DNA from: a virus
Virus record (IMG/VR): IMGVR_UViG_3300018933_000001
Coordinates: 1-64,000 of that record
Reading direction: 5' to 3' (one strand)
DNA length: 64,000 bases
The position numbers were made by a program, and so were the translations under genes. This document shows positions 39,223 to 52,013 of this stretch, in pieces; position 1 is the first letter of the stretch, and each line of letters opens with the position of its first letter. The notes beneath the pieces were generated by a model. That model saw nothing but the letters and a program-made list of their open reading frames with translations, ran no database searches and had not been told where the DNA came from.

Positions 39223-39270
39223 CCTCTGCCTTAATGAGAACTAACACTTCTCTTAGGGTGGAGGTTTTTT
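39223..39270 (+). terminator. Intrinsic terminator closing the early operon
   Basis: CCTCTGCC-TTAA-T-GAGAA / TTCTC-TTAG-GGTGGAGG followed by T6. Confidence 0.75.
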
Positions 39271-42200
39271 GTGTTTGTACGTTACAAGATTTTGGATTCT
39301 AGGAGAACTTATGGATAGTGAATTTCTTTCTCAAGTAGAAAAATCTAAGTCAAAAATGAAAGAAGCTCAGATGTTAATAGCGGAAGAACAGCAGAAATTA
39401 TACGAGCTAGTACAAAGTAGAGGTTACAAAATGTATGGGAATTTGTACATCCATCCTGATTATTGGGATGAATATGTAAAACATACGTGGAGAGGGAAAT
39501 ATCCAAAAGGAGCTGTCATTTGCTACTATACTATCTAATTAATGAGGAAGATTTTTGTGAATACTTACATTCGTAAATGCAGCCTTGAGTTACTTTTTGT
39601 TTGGTTCTGCGATACTGATTTAGAAGATGAATTAGGTAATCTAAGTAAGCTATTAGAAGATTCGCAAACTATTCAGATTCTAGTTAATTTGGCAAAAGAC
39701 AAGACACTAGACCAAATTCTTAACACGATTGATGAATTGGTAGAAGCTATCTAGTATTTAAATCTGAGAACAACTATCCAGGAGTGTCAGTTTTTAACGA
39801 GATAATTACTGATGAATTAGCTCTTAGTTTCTTGTATCGACTAGCAAAGTTAGTTTAATTATCTCACAAGTTTGTTTTTAGGAGTTCAAAATGATTCAGT
39901 ATGTTGTCAAATTTGGTTCTTACCGTCAAGAGGTATTAACCCGAGGAATGGTTGAGATACTAGCAAATGAACTAATCTCTCAGAATTTTGAAGGTTGTCG
40001 AGATGAAGGTAAAACTGCTCAAGATTTAATTAGTGTAGAGGAGAGAAAATAATCTACTGCTCATGACTCGTGGGAGCAATAAAAGAACGAGTAACAACAA
40101 TTACTTAGGAGAAATCTCGTGACTATTAAGAGTGACAAGTCGGATGAACAATACTGGTTTCCTGTAACTAGAGAAGGTATTAACTCCTATCTGGTTAATC
40201 AATCAGTAAAGACTAAACAATACTTTGAGTTATTGCTCTCTGATGATATCATACGTAGTATTTTGAAGAGAACATTTATTAAGTTAGAGAAAAAGCAATT
40301 GTCCAAAACTTTAGAAGAGTATAGCTCTATATTTGAAATGGTATTAGATTTTGAAACAACTTCTAAAAAAAGACAAGAGAATAAGAATTGGTTCAGCAAA
40401 CGTTTCGACAAATACTTGATCATACCCTTTGTTGCAGGGTATTTAAATTCAAGATTAGACATTGATTTAGGTTCTCTGAGAGAAAAGAAACAAGAAGAAT
40501 TTGCCAAAGCATTCTTTTTAGCTTCTGTCTACTTACATCTGTAATATTAATTCTATAAGAGGAGGTTACTAAATCTCTTAACTTAGTAAGGAGAAACAAA
40601 TAATGAACTGGCAAACTAAAGAAGTTAGAGATTGGTTAGATGAAACAGGTATTAAAAACTCTGAAAGAGAAGATATAGCTAAGTTACAAGAGTTAGTAGA
40701 ATCCCGTTTATTAGTTCAAGGAAACATTGGTTATACAGACCGAATAAAAAATCTAGCGGTGTTGTTATTTTTAAAGCACGTCCAATGGAGCCAATTGCTT
40801 CATTATGATTATGTAGTTAAAGGAGGATGAAACTAGACGAGTGTTCGCTACGCTCGTCTTCGAGAACTCTCTATCAACAGTACGGGAAAATAATTATGCT
40901 GCAATCACAAACAATTTCTACTACTGAACTACTAGAATTTTTAAAATCTTTAGTAGATGAAAGAGGTTTTGCTACTAAAACTTTTAGAGATTGGGAAGAA
41001 GAATCCTTTGGAGTTACAAGTATCTTCTTAAAGGATAATGAAAAAATAAAGTATTGCTTTAGAGTGTGTACTCTAGGAGAAACAGTTATGGCTTGTGTAA
41101 AGGGGTCTGAAAATGAATTGGTAGTCAACAAAAACACTCTTTGGGTTACTTTTGAAGAGTTTAAAAAATTAGTAGAAGGAAGCTAAGAAAATGCCTGCTT
41201 ATTCTACATCTACTAATGTCCGATACTCTGAAATCCCACAAGAGGTGATTGACTACTTAAGAATGGTTCCTGTTCGAGATTCTAATGTTGCTAGATGGAA
41301 AACGTACAAAGACTTTGGAGGATTGAGGAAAGGAGAACCAATAGTAGTTCCTCAATGTATTTCTGGCGATTATGCGGAAATTAATTTTTCTATTGCTGGT
41401 AACTCTGCTCTGGTTGGAGGACATACTTGGATTAATATCTATCAATCTATTTCAGATGTATGGACAGATGCTTATTGGGATGGTTGGATAGCTAACGGTA
41501 AAGTAGATTCACCTAAAGCTATTCAAGAAGCAGTTAGTAGAATTAAGTCAGAAAGATGGTGGACTAATTAAGTAGCAGGGAAAACTATGACTCTAAAAAA
41601 GTGGAAAGAGTTAAATAGTGGGGAGGAAACCATGTCAGAAGATTATTATGTCAGTGACTTTGAGACAGTTTCGTTACCTAAAGAGCTTTACGATAAGTTA
41701 AGTAAGATAGCAGAAGAGAGATTTGGTTACACAGGTCGAGGAATAGTTTCTGATTTAATAGGGGGACTTGTTAATGTGGGGTTGGAAGAAGAAAAGATTA
41801 AAAGGAGAAAGAAAATGACTAATTGGGAATATGTTCAAGTAGATATCCCTAAAGGACTTTACGATAGAATTGCAAGATTTGCTGATGTAGAAAGGGTAAT
41901 AGTTCAAGATATGACAGAATGGGTAGAAATAATGGAAGATGAAGAAAGAAGAGTTGAGATAGAAACAAGTAAAGTAAAGTTTCAAATCAGTAAGAAAGGA
42001 GAATGTTATTTTGAAGTAACAGCTCTTAAAGAAGAAGACCAAAATAATGATTTTATAGGTGTGTTTGAAAGTATTTGTACTGAAGAAGCTCTACTAAGAG
42101 TGGCTAAAGACGGTTATGGAATAGAATCAGATGAGATTGAGTTCGTTAAAGGTGCATCTAATGGCTAGATTTAAAGTAGGTTATCTTTCACGTCCAGGTA

Positions 42201-42858
42201 TGGGCAGTTGGTGGTATGTAGAAGGAGTTACCTATGAAGATGAGCAACATCCTTTTGCTAAACAACAGTTATTTGACGGAGACTTGAGTTTTGAGTCTTT
42301 TCTATGGCAAGCTAAAAGACAATTTAATGTAGAGAATCATGAGATTAAACGTTGTCAATAAAGACAGATAATTAAGCAAATTAGTTCTAAGAAGATACTC
42401 GACATCATTTTCTAGTTTAAAGTGTCTTAAACGAGCAAATAAAGGCATCTGAGAGGACATTATGAGTACAACACCTAGGAAAGTTACCGGAACAGTAGTT
42501 TTAACCATAACTTATGGATTTGTAGGTTATTGGGGAAAAGGTTTTGTAAATTCGACAGCAAGTGCTACCTGGCAGTTTGATTTTAAAGACCAAGATATAA
42601 CTATCATGGTTGCGGGATTAAGAGAAAAACTAAAAAGTAAACTTCATGAGGAACTTACACTGGCAGAGCGACAAAAGTTTGGTGCTAATGCTGAGATGAT
42701 TTTTAAATTCTATAATGTGATATCGGAAGCTCAAATGTTTATACCTTAACAATCGGAAAGATACTATGACAGAAGTAGAGCAAACAAGGTCACATTACTT
42801 ATCGGACTCTTTAGAGAAGCAATTTTCTGACAGTTTTTTACATTAGGAGAATAATCAA

Positions 42859-43317
42859 ATGAACTCTGAAAAGCCTCAAAAACTAGAGGAAACTGCTATG
42901 AACCAACTAATTCAAAGCAAACAGTATTTTGAGAAATGGGGAGTAAAGACTTTAAATCTGCAACAGTACCTCGAAAATCAAAAGAAACTGCGACAATCTA
43001 TTCAACAATTAAACAGTATACGTCCTCAGTTAGAGAAATATGTGAAAGATTATATCAAAGATAAAGAGTTGTTATCTCAAGTAAAGGTTTCTCGTATTGC
43101 TGAAATGACTTTTGTTCACATTCTTGAATATAAAGGTTATAGCGGTGTTATAGAGGTAGATGTTGAAGAAAATATGCTTTGTGGTAAAGTGATTGATATT
43201 AAAGACGTTATTACTTTTAAAGCTGAAACCGTAGAACAAGCGAAGATAGAGTTTGCTAAATCTGTAGATGATTATCTTGAGTTCTACCAAGAGTTAAAAA
43301 ATGAAGGTGAGTTATGA
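42859..43317 (+). CDS. Protein with C-terminal HicB-like antitoxin domain
   Basis: LEYKGYSGVIEVD...LCGKVIDIKDVITF.AETVEQ...EF..SVDDYLEF. Confidence 0.8.
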   Translation: MNSEKPQKLEETAMNQLIQSKQYFEKWGVKTLNLQQYLENQKKLRQSIQQLNSIRPQLEKYVKDYIKDKELLSQVKVSRIAEMTFVHILEYKGYSGVIEVDVEENMLCGKVIDIKDVITFKAETVEQAKIEFAKSVDDYLEFYQELKNEGEL

Positions 43318-43808
43318 AATTTGAAAAACTGATTAGATGGAAACGAAACTCTTCAGGAAATCTATTCTTAGAAGTTTTGCAGTTATTACCTGACTCGGAT
43401 AAAGCTAGTTGGGTAAATTACACTCAAGCAACTCATAAGCAACCTGATTATCAAATGCCCGGTGTGACTATGAGTAAAGGGTTTGCTACTGCTCAGAAGT
43501 ACCTTAAATTAGGTTATAAGTACATTAGTTATCAAAAAGAGTTTACTATGTCTTACATTGAATTACTCACTGAGTTTGTAGAAGGAACAGTTACAGTAGA
43601 CCAGTTCCAAGAATCATTTCTAAATAAGTTCAAGCAAGAAGAATCTTTTGTATCTGATGAAGAGTTTAAGATATTAGATACATTCTTTGGAGATGTAGAT
43701 TCTTACTGTGATGAAGATACCGAATTGTTTAACCCTGATTTCGATTTAACAGAAGAAGAACTAAGACAATCTGCTCAAGAAACACTTACTTTACTAAAAG
43801 CACTCTAA
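43314..43808 (+). CDS. Two-domain protein with C-terminal colicin-D-immunity-like helical domain
   Basis: YIELLTEFVEGTVTVDQFQESFL..FK.E...ILDTFFGDVDSY...LTEEELR. Confidence 0.65.
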   Translation: MKFEKLIRWKRNSSGNLFLEVLQLLPDSDKASWVNYTQATHKQPDYQMPGVTMSKGFATAQKYLKLGYKYISYQKEFTMSYIELLTEFVEGTVTVDQFQESFLNKFKQEESFVSDEEFKILDTFFGDVDSYCDEDTELFNPDFDLTEEELRQSAQETLTLLKAL

Positions 43809-43810
43809 CT

Positions 43811-44368
43811 ATGACAACTCTACTAAACTTATTCAAAAATGTTCAATCTACTGAAGATGCTGGCCTTAAGCATACTTTAGAGGTAATGTTTGCTAAATCT
43901 GCTGCTCAAATACCTGAAGATAGTAATTACTACTATGAAAATCAAGATAAAGTAGTTCTTCAAGGTTCTGCTATTAAGTCACTTGAGCCTCTGAGATACT
44001 TAACTAATGTGAAGATTTTAGTATTAGAAGACAACAGTATTAGTGATATATCTCCTCTCTTTGACTTACCTAATCTACAACATCTCAACTTAATAGGTAA
44101 TGAGATTAGTTCAGTAGATGGGATTGCTAAGCTACAGTCATTAGAAGAGTTGTATTTAGGACTTAATTTAATTAAAGATATTACTCCTCTTAGTACCTTA
44201 ACTAATTTAAGAATGTTAGGACTTAGAGGTAACGTGAGGATATCTGATATAAGTTCCTTAACTAAGCTAACTAATTTAGTAGAAGTAAACTTATCTGGTA
44301 CTTCTGTTAGTCAGGAAGATGCGAATACTTTATTTGGTGCATTACCTGGATGTAAGGTCATAATTTAA
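43811..44368 (+). CDS. Leucine-rich repeat (internalin-like) protein
   Basis: About five LxxLxLxxNxIxDIxPL repeats. Confidence 0.9.
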   Translation: MTTLLNLFKNVQSTEDAGLKHTLEVMFAKSAAQIPEDSNYYYENQDKVVLQGSAIKSLEPLRYLTNVKILVLEDNSISDISPLFDLPNLQHLNLIGNEISSVDGIAKLQSLEELYLGLNLIKDITPLSTLTNLRMLGLRGNVRISDISSLTKLTNLVEVNLSGTSVSQEDANTLFGALPGCKVII

Positions 44369-45215
44369 TTGTTTTTACTAGGGAGGAGACTAACCTAGTT
44401 TTGCTTAACCCATTAGTAAATTAAGGAGTTCATCATGAAACCTAAGTATTCAGCAAGTATTGGTCTTTCTGGAAGCACGTTTGTAGATATCTACTTTGCT
44501 CAACCACTGTCTCCTGAGACTACTAAGTTAATTAAGGAGTTAGAGAGGTTTAATGGTATCAAAATAAAGAATCAACCTAGTGCTATTGGTTTTTGGATTA
44601 CTTTTCCACCTATTTGGGATAAAGATGAAATAGTACAAGAAGTTGTGAATATTCTAGTCTTAGAAGGTTTTGATAGAACTAGCATTTTAGTCAAGTAATA
44701 AGTCGAATAGTAGAAGGTAACTAACTACTATAAGTTAGGAGAAAAATGACTGAACAAAAAGATTTAGAAAAGGTTATGACTTCTTGGAGAGATACACATG
44801 AAAATATTTTCCTTCAAGCTCATATCAATCATGTAATTAGAGTTTTTGGCATATGTCCAAATATTCCATCTGATAAAGTTCAATTAGTAATAGAAAGAGC
44901 TAAGAAACATTATGAGAGATTTCCTGACCAAATAGATATCCTAGAACAAGAGATTGCCAAGTTAGTAGGAACTAATCACTATGACTAGATTCAAAGTAAC
45001 AACATATCCTTGGAATCCAGATGGTTTAAGAGATTGTTCTGAGTTTGATAGTTACCTAGTAGAAGCTATCAGTCTGGAAGATTCTAGTCACGAGTGCTTA
45101 GGAAAATATAATGGATGTGGAAAGATTGAACTACTCAGAAGATTGAAGGAACATTATCAAGTAGAAGAATCTGAATTGTTTTTTACTTAGTTAGTAGTTA
45201 GTTACGAAATTAATA

Positions 45216-45250
45216 GACCTCTGCTCTTTATTGGGTAGAGGTTGTTTTTT
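45216..45250 (+). terminator. Intrinsic terminator
   Basis: GACCTCTGCTC/GGGTAGAGGTT followed by a T tract. Confidence 0.7.
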
Positions 45251-47051
45251 ATATTAGTAGGAAAAAATACTATGGGCGGTCAAACTAAAGTAGATTGTAA
45301 TAGTTTAGTAGTAAATACGGAATTAGGTACGCAGTTTATTATTAAAGTCACAGAGTTTTATGCAAGTAATAGTGAAGGTACTTTTTATATAGATAGTTGT
45401 TATAAAGAAACCGAAGACGCAAACTTTAATGGATTTATGGAGTATCTAAAAGTAGATGTATTCACTGAAGAGTGGAAGAGTAGAAAGAGGTTTGCTTTAG
45501 AATATAGAACTCCAGACTTTGGAAAACGAATATACACGTTTAGCTGGACATCTAGAGCAAACAGTCAACGTAGAGTAGAAAAGATAGATTTTATTCCACT
45601 ATCTCTCTACCCTTGTACCATTTAACGTCAGTTCTTCAGGAGTAAATAAATGCTTAAAGTAGTTAAAACTAAGATTACTCAAGAGGAATTTATCAAAGAA
45701 GTAGAAGCACTATTTCCTAGTAAGTTTACTGAAGAAGGTTTAAGAGTTTTATTTGATAAGATTGATGATTGTGGAGAAGGTGAATATGAGTTATCTAAAA
45801 TTGGGGACGATTTTGAGGAGTGGACATTTAAGAGATATCAAGACTATATAGTTGAGAGATATGGAAAAGTAGGAGATGTGTATGATGAACCAATGGGTAA
45901 GAAAGAGTTAGAAAGTTTCTTAAATGAGGAAGTTCATGAAGACGATTGGAGTGATTCAGTAGTGGATTTTACAGATTCTACTATTATATTTTCTACTTAC
46001 TACACTTCTCAGCTAGCTTATGAACTCAAGAAGATGTATGAAAGGATGAGGACTCTATCTATTGAAAAGTTTTGTGAGGAATTTGATTGTACTCAGGATA
46101 CTATTGAAGAGGTATTTAATAGATATAGAGATGGAGGAGCTTTAGATTTTAGTCTTATCAATAATAAGGAGATTCAAATCGTTCATCTAACTTACAGAGG
46201 TAAGACAGATACAGAGATAACTTTTGAACAATTTGAGGTCTAACAATGAATCAAGACATTCTATACGTTACTTTTATCTTAGGAATTAAGAGACACGTTT
46301 TCTTATTACCTCTGAAGTCTATTAAGAAGCTAGAAGCAGCAGGGTTAGAAGTAGGTAGAATTTATAAGTTAAATGTTTCTTCTCCTACTTTTTTAGTGTT
46401 CTATAGGTATGTCAGAGAGATTTACGGGTTTTTAGAAAGCACTTTCATTGTAGTTACTGAGAAAGCTTTAAACCCTAATAAAGCGACTATAACTCAGATT
46501 AAAGAGGATGTTATTAGCAGCCATTTATTAACTGTTGAGGAAGATTCGTTAGTAGAAAAGATTGTATTTTTTCCAGATATTTGTGAACTAGAAAATGAAG
46601 AGGAAGATGCTGAGTATCAAGAAGAATTGAAAAGAGCAGAGATGATAGATTCTCTTGTCACCACTTTACCTGAAGAATATAGAGATACAGATATTAAGGA
46701 GTGAGACATGAGTTTCTTTAGTAGATTTTTTAATATTAATAAAGTAGAAACTCCTGATGAAAATATTCTAGATAGATTTGAGAGGTTAGAGAACGAGAAA
46801 GATTGCTATATTTACAACGGTTTTGTCATTAAACTATCTCCTTTAAGAGAACATACTTATCCGGAACAGCAGGTTATCTGGGTATATGACTTATATGAGG
46901 CTAAATACGAAGGTGATAAAGTCAGCAAAGGAACTCATCACCAATATTACTTAGTAAAAGGAGGTAAAGAAGAAGCTATGGTTCGTGCTTGTGAACGAAT
47001 AGAAGAAACTATTTTGAATGAAGCAGGTATAAGAACAATTAAGGAGTAAAA

Positions 47052-47378
47052 ATGAGTAGAAATCTTTGTCAGTCTAGTTGTTGTGATAATGTTCTCCGTA
47101 TATCTGATTTAAGAGGTAAACCTATTGAATTTCGTAGATACTAAAAGAGTCCTCCAGTTATAGGTACTCGCTGGGACTGTCCTACTTGTAAAACTGCTTA
47201 TTTTGCTTGGTGGAGAGAAGGTCGGTGGTATCATTCTACTAATACATACGGAAACTTTGTAATTGACCTTAGTTATTATGAATCTTTTAACGATGAACCG
47301 GGTTGTCCAGAAGAGATGGATAATCCGAGATATTTGTGTTTAGATAATGCTGAAGATGTACAAGATATTTGGGGGTAG
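47052..47378 (+). pseudogene. Cys-rich gene with an in-frame TAA at codon 31
   Basis: AAGGAG RBS; MSRNLCQSSCC...RRY*KSPPVIGTRWDCPTCKTAY... continues in frame to TAG 47376-47378. Confidence 0.7.
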
Positions 47379-47380
47379 TT

Positions 47381-47913
47381 ATGGAATGGTCAGATATTTC
47401 TAGATTTTCAGCTTGGGGTAGATATACTTGCGATGTGACTTGGAATGACTTAGAATATCAAATCCAGCGATACATTGAAGAGTACAACCTTAACTTAGAC
47501 CCTGATTTTCAAAGAGGTCACGTTTGGTCAGAAGAGAAAAGATTGCTTATATCGAATATGTTCTAAAAGGTGGAAATCAAAATAGACACATTATCTTCAA
47601 TCATCCGGGTTGGTTTACTAACTTCAAAGGAGAGATGACTTTAGTAGATGGAAAGCAAAGATTAGAGTCTACCAGAAGATTTCTCAATAATGAGTTACCA
47701 GTATTTAATGGAATTTATAGAAAAGACTTTACTAGAAATGGGGGACTAAGCAGTAGAATTTCTTCTGATATTTGTTTTAAGTTCTATATCAATGACTTGC
47801 GTACTAGAAAAGAGTTGTTGCAGTTTTACTTAGATTTAAATACTGGTGGAGTTGTTCACACTGATGAAGAGATTAATAGAGTTAAAGAGTTATTAGCAAA
47901 GGAAGGAAGTTAA
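47381..47913 (+). pseudogene. DUF262 (ParB/Srx-like, GmrS-type) gene split by a 1-nt frameshift near 47540
   Basis: PDFQRGHVW in frame 1, then AYIEYVL...LVDGKQRL...LNTGG in frame 2. Confidence 0.8.
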
Positions 47914-47915
47914 TT

Positions 47916-48482
47916 ATGGAAGTCATTGGATTAGTAGGACACATTGAAAGCGGAAAGAATCACATTGCAAGTCTATTGGAGAAGCAATATGGTTATAAAT
48001 GCTTGATGATGGCGGGATTGGCTAAATTTATAGTATCTCAAATTGAAGGTATCTCTTTAGAACAGTTAGAAGATAGGAAATATAAAGAAGAATTTCGTCC
48101 TAAAGTTAAAGCTGCTGCTGAATCTCTTAAAAAAGCATTAGGAGAAACTGTTCATTGTAAATATGTTGATAACCTAATCAATCAACTTTGTTTTACTGAA
48201 AATAGATACTCAAGATTTGTTATATCTGATATTCGATGGCCATACGAGTATCTATTTTTTAGAGAACGATTTAGGTTAATAAAAACTCCTATCGATTTCA
48301 AAATTCTAAAAGTAGAAAGCGATTTAATAGATAAGACCAAAGCTAATAAAGTAGAAAGTGAGTCTTATATTGATACTTATTTCTCTCAACATAACGATGG
48401 AATAATCTTTAATGGTGAAGAACAAAGATATGACAGAGATAATTTAGATTTGATTGGTCAATTAGTTAAGTTTGTAAATTAA
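47916..48482 (+). CDS. Deoxynucleoside monophosphate kinase-like P-loop protein
   Basis: GLVGHIESGK, VISDIRWPYE and ESE motifs. Confidence 0.75.
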   Translation: MEVIGLVGHIESGKNHIASLLEKQYGYKCLMMAGLAKFIVSQIEGISLEQLEDRKYKEEFRPKVKAAAESLKKALGETVHCKYVDNLINQLCFTENRYSRFVISDIRWPYEYLFFRERFRLIKTPIDFKILKVESDLIDKTKANKVESESYIDTYFSQHNDGIIFNGEEQRYDRDNLDLIGQLVKFVN

Positions 48483-48491
48483 TAAGGAGTT

Positions 48492-49385
48492 ATGTATATG
48501 TCTAATAAGCTTACTGGAATCATTTATAGAGCTTATAACATTGTTTCTGGTAAGTCTTACATAGGACAAACAACTGGCTCGTTGGAAATTAGAAGAAGTA
48601 AACATTTGACAAATGCTAAGAGATTTAACTTTAAATTTGCAAATGCTTTAAAAGCTTATCCCAGAGAATGCTGGCAATGGAGTATTTTAATAGAGGTAGA
48701 AGTAGAAAAACTTAATGAATATGAGAGATTCTTTATTGCTGATTTAGATACTCAAAATAATGGATATAACTGCTACTCCGGAGGTTCGGGTAGCCAAAAT
48801 TATGATTTTATAGTTAACTCTACTAAATGCTCTAAAGTCTATGAACTATATCATCCTGATTTTGGGTTAATTTCCGGTACTAGGAGTGAGTTAATTAACC
48901 TAAATCCAGTTTTTCAAGAGATTCATAAATTAGTTAGTGGAAGAAGAATACACCTGACGGGCTGGGTTTTAGCTGAGAATAAAGATAACTATCCTAATCT
49001 TCGTAAAAAACATGACAGAAATAAAGCATACCGTTTTTATCATGTAGATTTTGGTACTATTACTCTCACTTTTAATGAGTTTTGTGAGAAGTATTTAGAT
49101 AAAAAAGAGAACAAGGTGTTTATACGAAGACTTATAAACGGAAGTCGTAAGCAATACCTTGGTTGGATAATGAATGAAAACAAAGAAAACTATGTAGAAT
49201 TAGTGTCTTTACAGTATAAAGTCCCCACAATTTATACTCTTACTCATAAAGAATATGGGACTCATTCTTTAACTAGAGCAGAGTTTGTAGAAAGGTTTGG
49301 AATTAATGGTTTTAAAATTTATGACTTAGCTCGAAAGACTAGAAAAAGTCATAAGGGCTGGATATTAGCAAAGGAAGAAGATTAA
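48492..49385 (+). CDS. GIY-YIG homing endonuclease
   Basis: GIIY...SYIGQT...R...H...E...NGYN followed by three DNA-binding repeats. Confidence 0.88.
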   Translation: MYMSNKLTGIIYRAYNIVSGKSYIGQTTGSLEIRRSKHLTNAKRFNFKFANALKAYPRECWQWSILIEVEVEKLNEYERFFIADLDTQNNGYNCYSGGSGSQNYDFIVNSTKCSKVYELYHPDFGLISGTRSELINLNPVFQEIHKLVSGRRIHLTGWVLAENKDNYPNLRKKHDRNKAYRFYHVDFGTITLTFNEFCEKYLDKKENKVFIRRLINGSRKQYLGWIMNENKENYVELVSLQYKVPTIYTLTHKEYGTHSLTRAEFVERFGINGFKIYDLARKTRKSHKGWILAKEED

Positions 49386-50931
49386 TATGCCTACATTAAA
49401 AGAATCATTACAATCAAAAGTAGATACGTTACAGGTAGGTTACATTACTCATTTACATACTTATTCACCAGATAAACTTCAGGCAGTAGCAGCTAGGTCG
49501 ATATGGAATGACCCTAGAATATACAAACCTATCTTCTCATTAGATAATCTAGGCATAAATAAAACACTTAAGTCAGTAGTTCTAGAAGTAAGGGACTCAA
49601 TAGCTAGAATTTACTATATATTAGACTCATCTTGCTTCTTCATTGACTTTGAATGTGACTACCAGACATTAGAATTAATAAAAGAACTACCTACGGAGGT
49701 CATTTACTATTTAAGGATATTGTGTAGTAAGAAAGGTAGATTAGAGTTAATAGGGAGAGAAGATAACTTATATCTACTATTTGAAGATACTTTTCCTTCT
49801 AAGATGAGTACGAAAGAAAGAAAGGAGAAAGAAGTAGATAAGTATGTTCTATCTATCTCACTCAAGGAAGTAAATGAGTTAGATTCCTCAGTTATTGAGT
49901 TTGTTAAGGAAGTAGTCGAGTTAGATGTAGTAAGTCATATAGTTAAAGAGAATCTTAGCTTACCTATAGACCTTAGCACTATATCTATCAACAAAGAACC
50001 TATCGAGTATTGGGGTTCGTTAGTAAGTACACCTAAAGGAGATTTCAAGATAGTAGATACATCAGGTATTAACTCTACTTTAGTGATATGTCCCGTAGAA
50101 GTAAGCATGAGACAATCTACTACCTTAACTAATGAAGTAGTACAGGAACTTAATCTTGAGGAAGGTACATCAGAACCTTTATCTGAACCAACAGAAGATG
50201 AGCTAGAACTATTACACGACATTATGGAAGAAGTATATGAGTAGTGAAGATTATCTACCTATTGATATAAGGATAAGCAATCTAATCTCTTCCCTTAAAG
50301 AGGTAGGAATTGATTTAAAAGATGCAAATATTCAGAAAGAGATACAGAGAGTAATTCTAGATATACTGACTTCTTCTAAGGTTGTTGTAGATACTTCAGA
50401 CACAACTAACTATATAACTATAGTAGCAAGAGCCGAGCAATTAGGTTATAAATTTAAAAATGAAAAGCACAAAGAAATGTTAGAGTCATTTGCGGGCAAG
50501 TTGTTTTGGGAAGGTAATATAAATTTAAAATGGAAAAGACCTGAAGATAACTCTCCTATTCCTATTTGGTTAGTAACCCTTGAATTAGACAAGGCTATTC
50601 ATAAATTTTTTACTACTAATGAAGATGAGTAATTTAGATGAAGCACTTTCACATACAAGACTATTAATAGACCAAGATACTTATCATAAAGACATAGATG
50701 AACCTACCCCATTAGCAGATAAAGTAGCATTAGTAGCTGAAGTAAAGCAGATGTTAGTAGATGACCTATTATCTCAAGGAGTACATTTATCAACTATCTT
50801 ATTTGCTTGGGATATGGCTGAAAGTACAGAAGGAGCAGATGAGGCACTTAATAAAGGGTTCTTATATAGTGTACTTAGCAACATTCAAGATTTAGAAGAG
50901 TATTACTCAGAGAGACTAGGGGATGATTTAG

Positions 50932-51129
50932 GTGTACTGTTCTAAATGTAAAGGAGACATCTACTTAACTAAAACTATGTTAACTATCAAAGGAAGTGAT
51001 AAATCTATAACATTAAAAGTTCCTACCTATATGTGTACTGTATGTAAGAAGATGACTTTTAAGAAGAAGGTTATAGATAAGTTAGAAAGAATCAGATTAG
51101 CTTTAACTCATCAAATCTATCCAAGTTAA
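50932..51129 (+). CDS. YgiT/MqsA-type zinc-finger protein
   Basis: CSKC...VPTYMCTVC. Confidence 0.65.
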   Translation: MYCSKCKGDIYLTKTMLTIKGSDKSITLKVPTYMCTVCKKMTFKKKVIDKLERIRLALTHQIYPS

Positions 51130-51177
51130 AAAGTTTGTGCTATATTGTGAATACACGTAGTTTGGGATTAGTGAATA

Positions 51178-51990
51178 ATGACAATTCAAATGGTTCAGAA
51201 GGAAGTAGATGGAATTGAGTTTTATGTATCAGCAGACGGAACTCAAAGTGGAATGAGTGAAAGTGGTTTAGCTAGAATGTCAGGAGTTGACAGGTCTAGT
51301 GTTCACAACCTACTTCAGAAAGCTGCTGCGGATAAAAAGGTTCCGGAAACTCTGAAACCTATATTAGGTAAGGATTTCTACCTACTAATAGGTGCGGATA
51401 AAAACGCTCAAGTAGTGCCAGCAAATATTTGTGCCTTAGTAATTGAGTATTACGCTTTTGAAAGTAAAGCTGCTAATGAAACAGCTAGATTCTCTTTTCG
51501 CAAATTTGCTAGTAAAGGAATTAGTTCTTGGATTAAAGAAATAACAGGTTATAAAGAAGACCAAATTCCAGAGTCTAAAGAAATACTTTCTATCTTGAAA
51601 GAAGTATTAACTAAAGTAGATAGCTTAGAAAAAGACTCAAAAGAATATAGAAATCTTAAAGGTAGAAGTGTCCAAGTTTTTCCTGCTTTAGATAAAACAC
51701 TTGAAGAGTTTGCTATTGAAGGAGAGTCATTACTTGAAGAGAATCCACAGAACTACACTCTTACTGAATGGGTGCATCTAACAAAGAGAGGCATTACTCT
51801 TGATAATTCTACTAAACATAGGTTTGCTTTGTTAGTTAGTGAAACTTATAAGAGCGTAACAGGTAATGAGCCTAAGAAAGAACATAGACAAGATAAAGAA
51901 ACTAAGAAGAGAAATAATAGTGTATCTGTTTATAGTTATACTGAGTTTCCCATTCTTCAGTTAGCTTGGAATAAGTTGTTTAATGTTTAA
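51178..51990 (+). CDS. Antirepressor-like DNA-binding protein
   Basis: GIEFYV...GMSESGLARMSGV HTH-like N-terminus; own extended -10 TGTGCTATATT at 51136-51146. Confidence 0.5.
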   Translation: MTIQMVQKEVDGIEFYVSADGTQSGMSESGLARMSGVDRSSVHNLLQKAAADKKVPETLKPILGKDFYLLIGADKNAQVVPANICALVIEYYAFESKAANETARFSFRKFASKGISSWIKEITGYKEDQIPESKEILSILKEVLTKVDSLEKDSKEYRNLKGRSVQVFPALDKTLEEFAIEGESLLEENPQNYTLTEWVHLTKRGITLDNSTKHRFALLVSETYKSVTGNEPKKEHRQDKETKKRNNSVSVYSYTEFPILQLAWNKLFNV

Positions 51991-52013
51991 ATTTAACTAA
52001 GTGGATTATTATC

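Noticed and set aside
47142-47144. Stop-codon reassignment in this phage
   Set aside because: Single case; TAA, TAG and TGA all terminate normal genes throughout the window
47530-47545. Programmed -1 frameshift in the DUF262 gene
   Set aside because: No canonical X XXY YYZ slippery heptamer or obvious stimulator; simple deletion or error is more likely
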